Positions 62,331-64,000 of a stretch of 64,000 bases of DNA are shown here, piece after piece. Below the pieces are notes generated by a model. It ran no database searches. It saw only the letters and a program-made list of their open reading frames with translations, and was not told where the DNA came from. This DNA is from Macrostomum lignano (lineage: Eukaryota), in assembly GCA_002269645.1 (NCBI GenBank), contig NIVC01000872.1, positions 109,545-173,544 on the forward strand, written 5' to 3'. Made by a program: the position numbers and the translations under genes. Position 1 is the stretch's first letter, and each line of letters begins with the position of its first letter.

Positions 62331-64000
62331 GGAAACTTAGTTGCCAAAACTTTTGCATACCTGTTATATTTCCAAAGAGTTGATAAGAAGACAAGGCTCC
62401 ATGTCTCATGTCCATATATAGCTCCAGAAACAGCTTCAATGGATATAATTTTCATTACTAAAGGTGAATAATACATTGTATAGTTTGTATAGCTCTTTTT
62501 CCATTGGATACTTATGGTGTTAGTCAAACCAAGATGGCCACACACCAAGATGGCCACAATATTGAATTTCTATTATATCTACCCACTCTCTCTTTACCAT
62601 TAATTAACTATAACTTTAATAGCTATTATTATATTAATTATTATATAGCATGTTTAATCAATCATATTTATAAATATAGAAACAATAATACATTTGAAAC
62701 TAATTACGCATGATACAAAAACGTTAATCTTTTTCTGTGTTTGTGCCAATTTATTCTCTATCATTACATCTATTTGATTTATCACTATTAGTTTATCAAG
62801 AAACCATTGCTAGTGGTAGGCCCTAATGCTATGCAAAAATGGGATAAATATGCAACAAGATTTTTTTTGTACTAAGCTACATATTTTCTTTATTTAGTAG
62901 ATAAATATCTATCTATAGGTCAGGTTACAATACAATAAAAGCTGAAGCCAAAAGAAATGATTATTATATAATATAGTTCTACTATAATATCTATCTATAT
63001 TATCTATATATCTATATTTAATATAAATTACTAGAAGGTCAATCTATATGAAATAAGTGAAATATAAATACCTAGGCTTATTATTGATTTAGACATTTAA
63101 AGCTGAGGCTATCTTGATGTATGGCCATCTTGATCATGCGCCTTGGTGATGACAATGTATCAAATTGAGATGAATGATAAGTATTTTTTTATCATTTCAT
63201 GCTTTTCTAATTAATGTTATATAAAAATATATGAGCTATATTTTTATTAGTTTTAATCACAGTATGGACTATATAGTGATCATATATAATTCTGAATGTC
63301 AAATTTGAAGGTCTATTCAATGTATAATGACTATTATAAGATTTAAAATCTATTACTCTTTGCAATTAATTGTATTCATTTATTTTGTATATTACTTATT
63401 ATACCAATGACTAAATTGCTCTATAGTTTCATTATAGCTAAAGAGATAAATATCAAATTGCACTTTTGCAGCTACACTTTGATCTCCGAGGCATCTTGAT
63501 TAGTCTTGAATAGGCCTATTGTCTTACATAGTCTATTTGTAAGAAGGTATGTAGGCTAAAAGCTATATCAACTTGCATTATGATGTTCATAGAGTTGTTT
63601 AGGCAGTGCATCAGTGCCTCATTTATACAAAATACCAATATAGAACTTTAGGCTCTAATTTATCTTTTTATAATGTGTACAATTAATTAGACTCTATTGC
63701 ATTAGGCCTACAGTATGCTACTATAATTCATTAAATACTTATATAAAACTTTTATATATGTATTGTTGCTAGGCCTCTATCTAATGTTTGACAGTTTGCA
63801 TGCCTAAATTTCTTCTAATTTTTATAGTATGATGACAGTATATTTATAATGCAATTCCCTTTTTCTATCAAAAATATTCTTTCAAACAATAAATTTTACT
63901 ACCCTTATTTAATAGGTGAACATCCATAGACTTTTAAATACACTCTGTATGTCCAAGGATTTGAGTATCTGATTGATGACATTGGTATAATTAAAAAAAG

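Overview
This is metazoan (invertebrate) genomic DNA. The minisatellite-rich introns and GC-rich exons are reminiscent of the flatworm Macrostomum, but the species cannot be established from sequence alone. Genes assembled by hand: the last exon of a 5-HT7-like serotonin receptor (+, 6358-6632), a 17-exon WDR6/Trm734-like WD40 gene (-, 8356-37982, ~1150 aa) with one apparent 1-nt frameshift, an intronless RBM19/Mrd1 gene (-, 46533-48770) that lacks one RRM, a 2-exon SH3RF/POSH-like RING-SH3 gene (-, 50816-56418) and a small orphan membrane ORF. Roughly 19 kb of the WDR6 span is tandem repeat, with a different array in almost every intron. Mobile elements: a PIF/Harbinger transposon with TIRs and a TAA TSD, two tRNA-derived SINE families (one nested in the other with a 13-bp TSD), a foldback-like element in the SH3RF intron and two decayed mariner copies. 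The most unusual signal is a ~7-kb terminal domain (~56.8-64 kb) that is almost free of CpG and rich in TpA. Its mariner remnants show CG->TA, TGG->TAG and CA->TA changes reminiscent of fungal RIP, while the TEs to the left keep their CpGs. Most long ORFs in the supplied track are translations of tandem repeats and are rejected.
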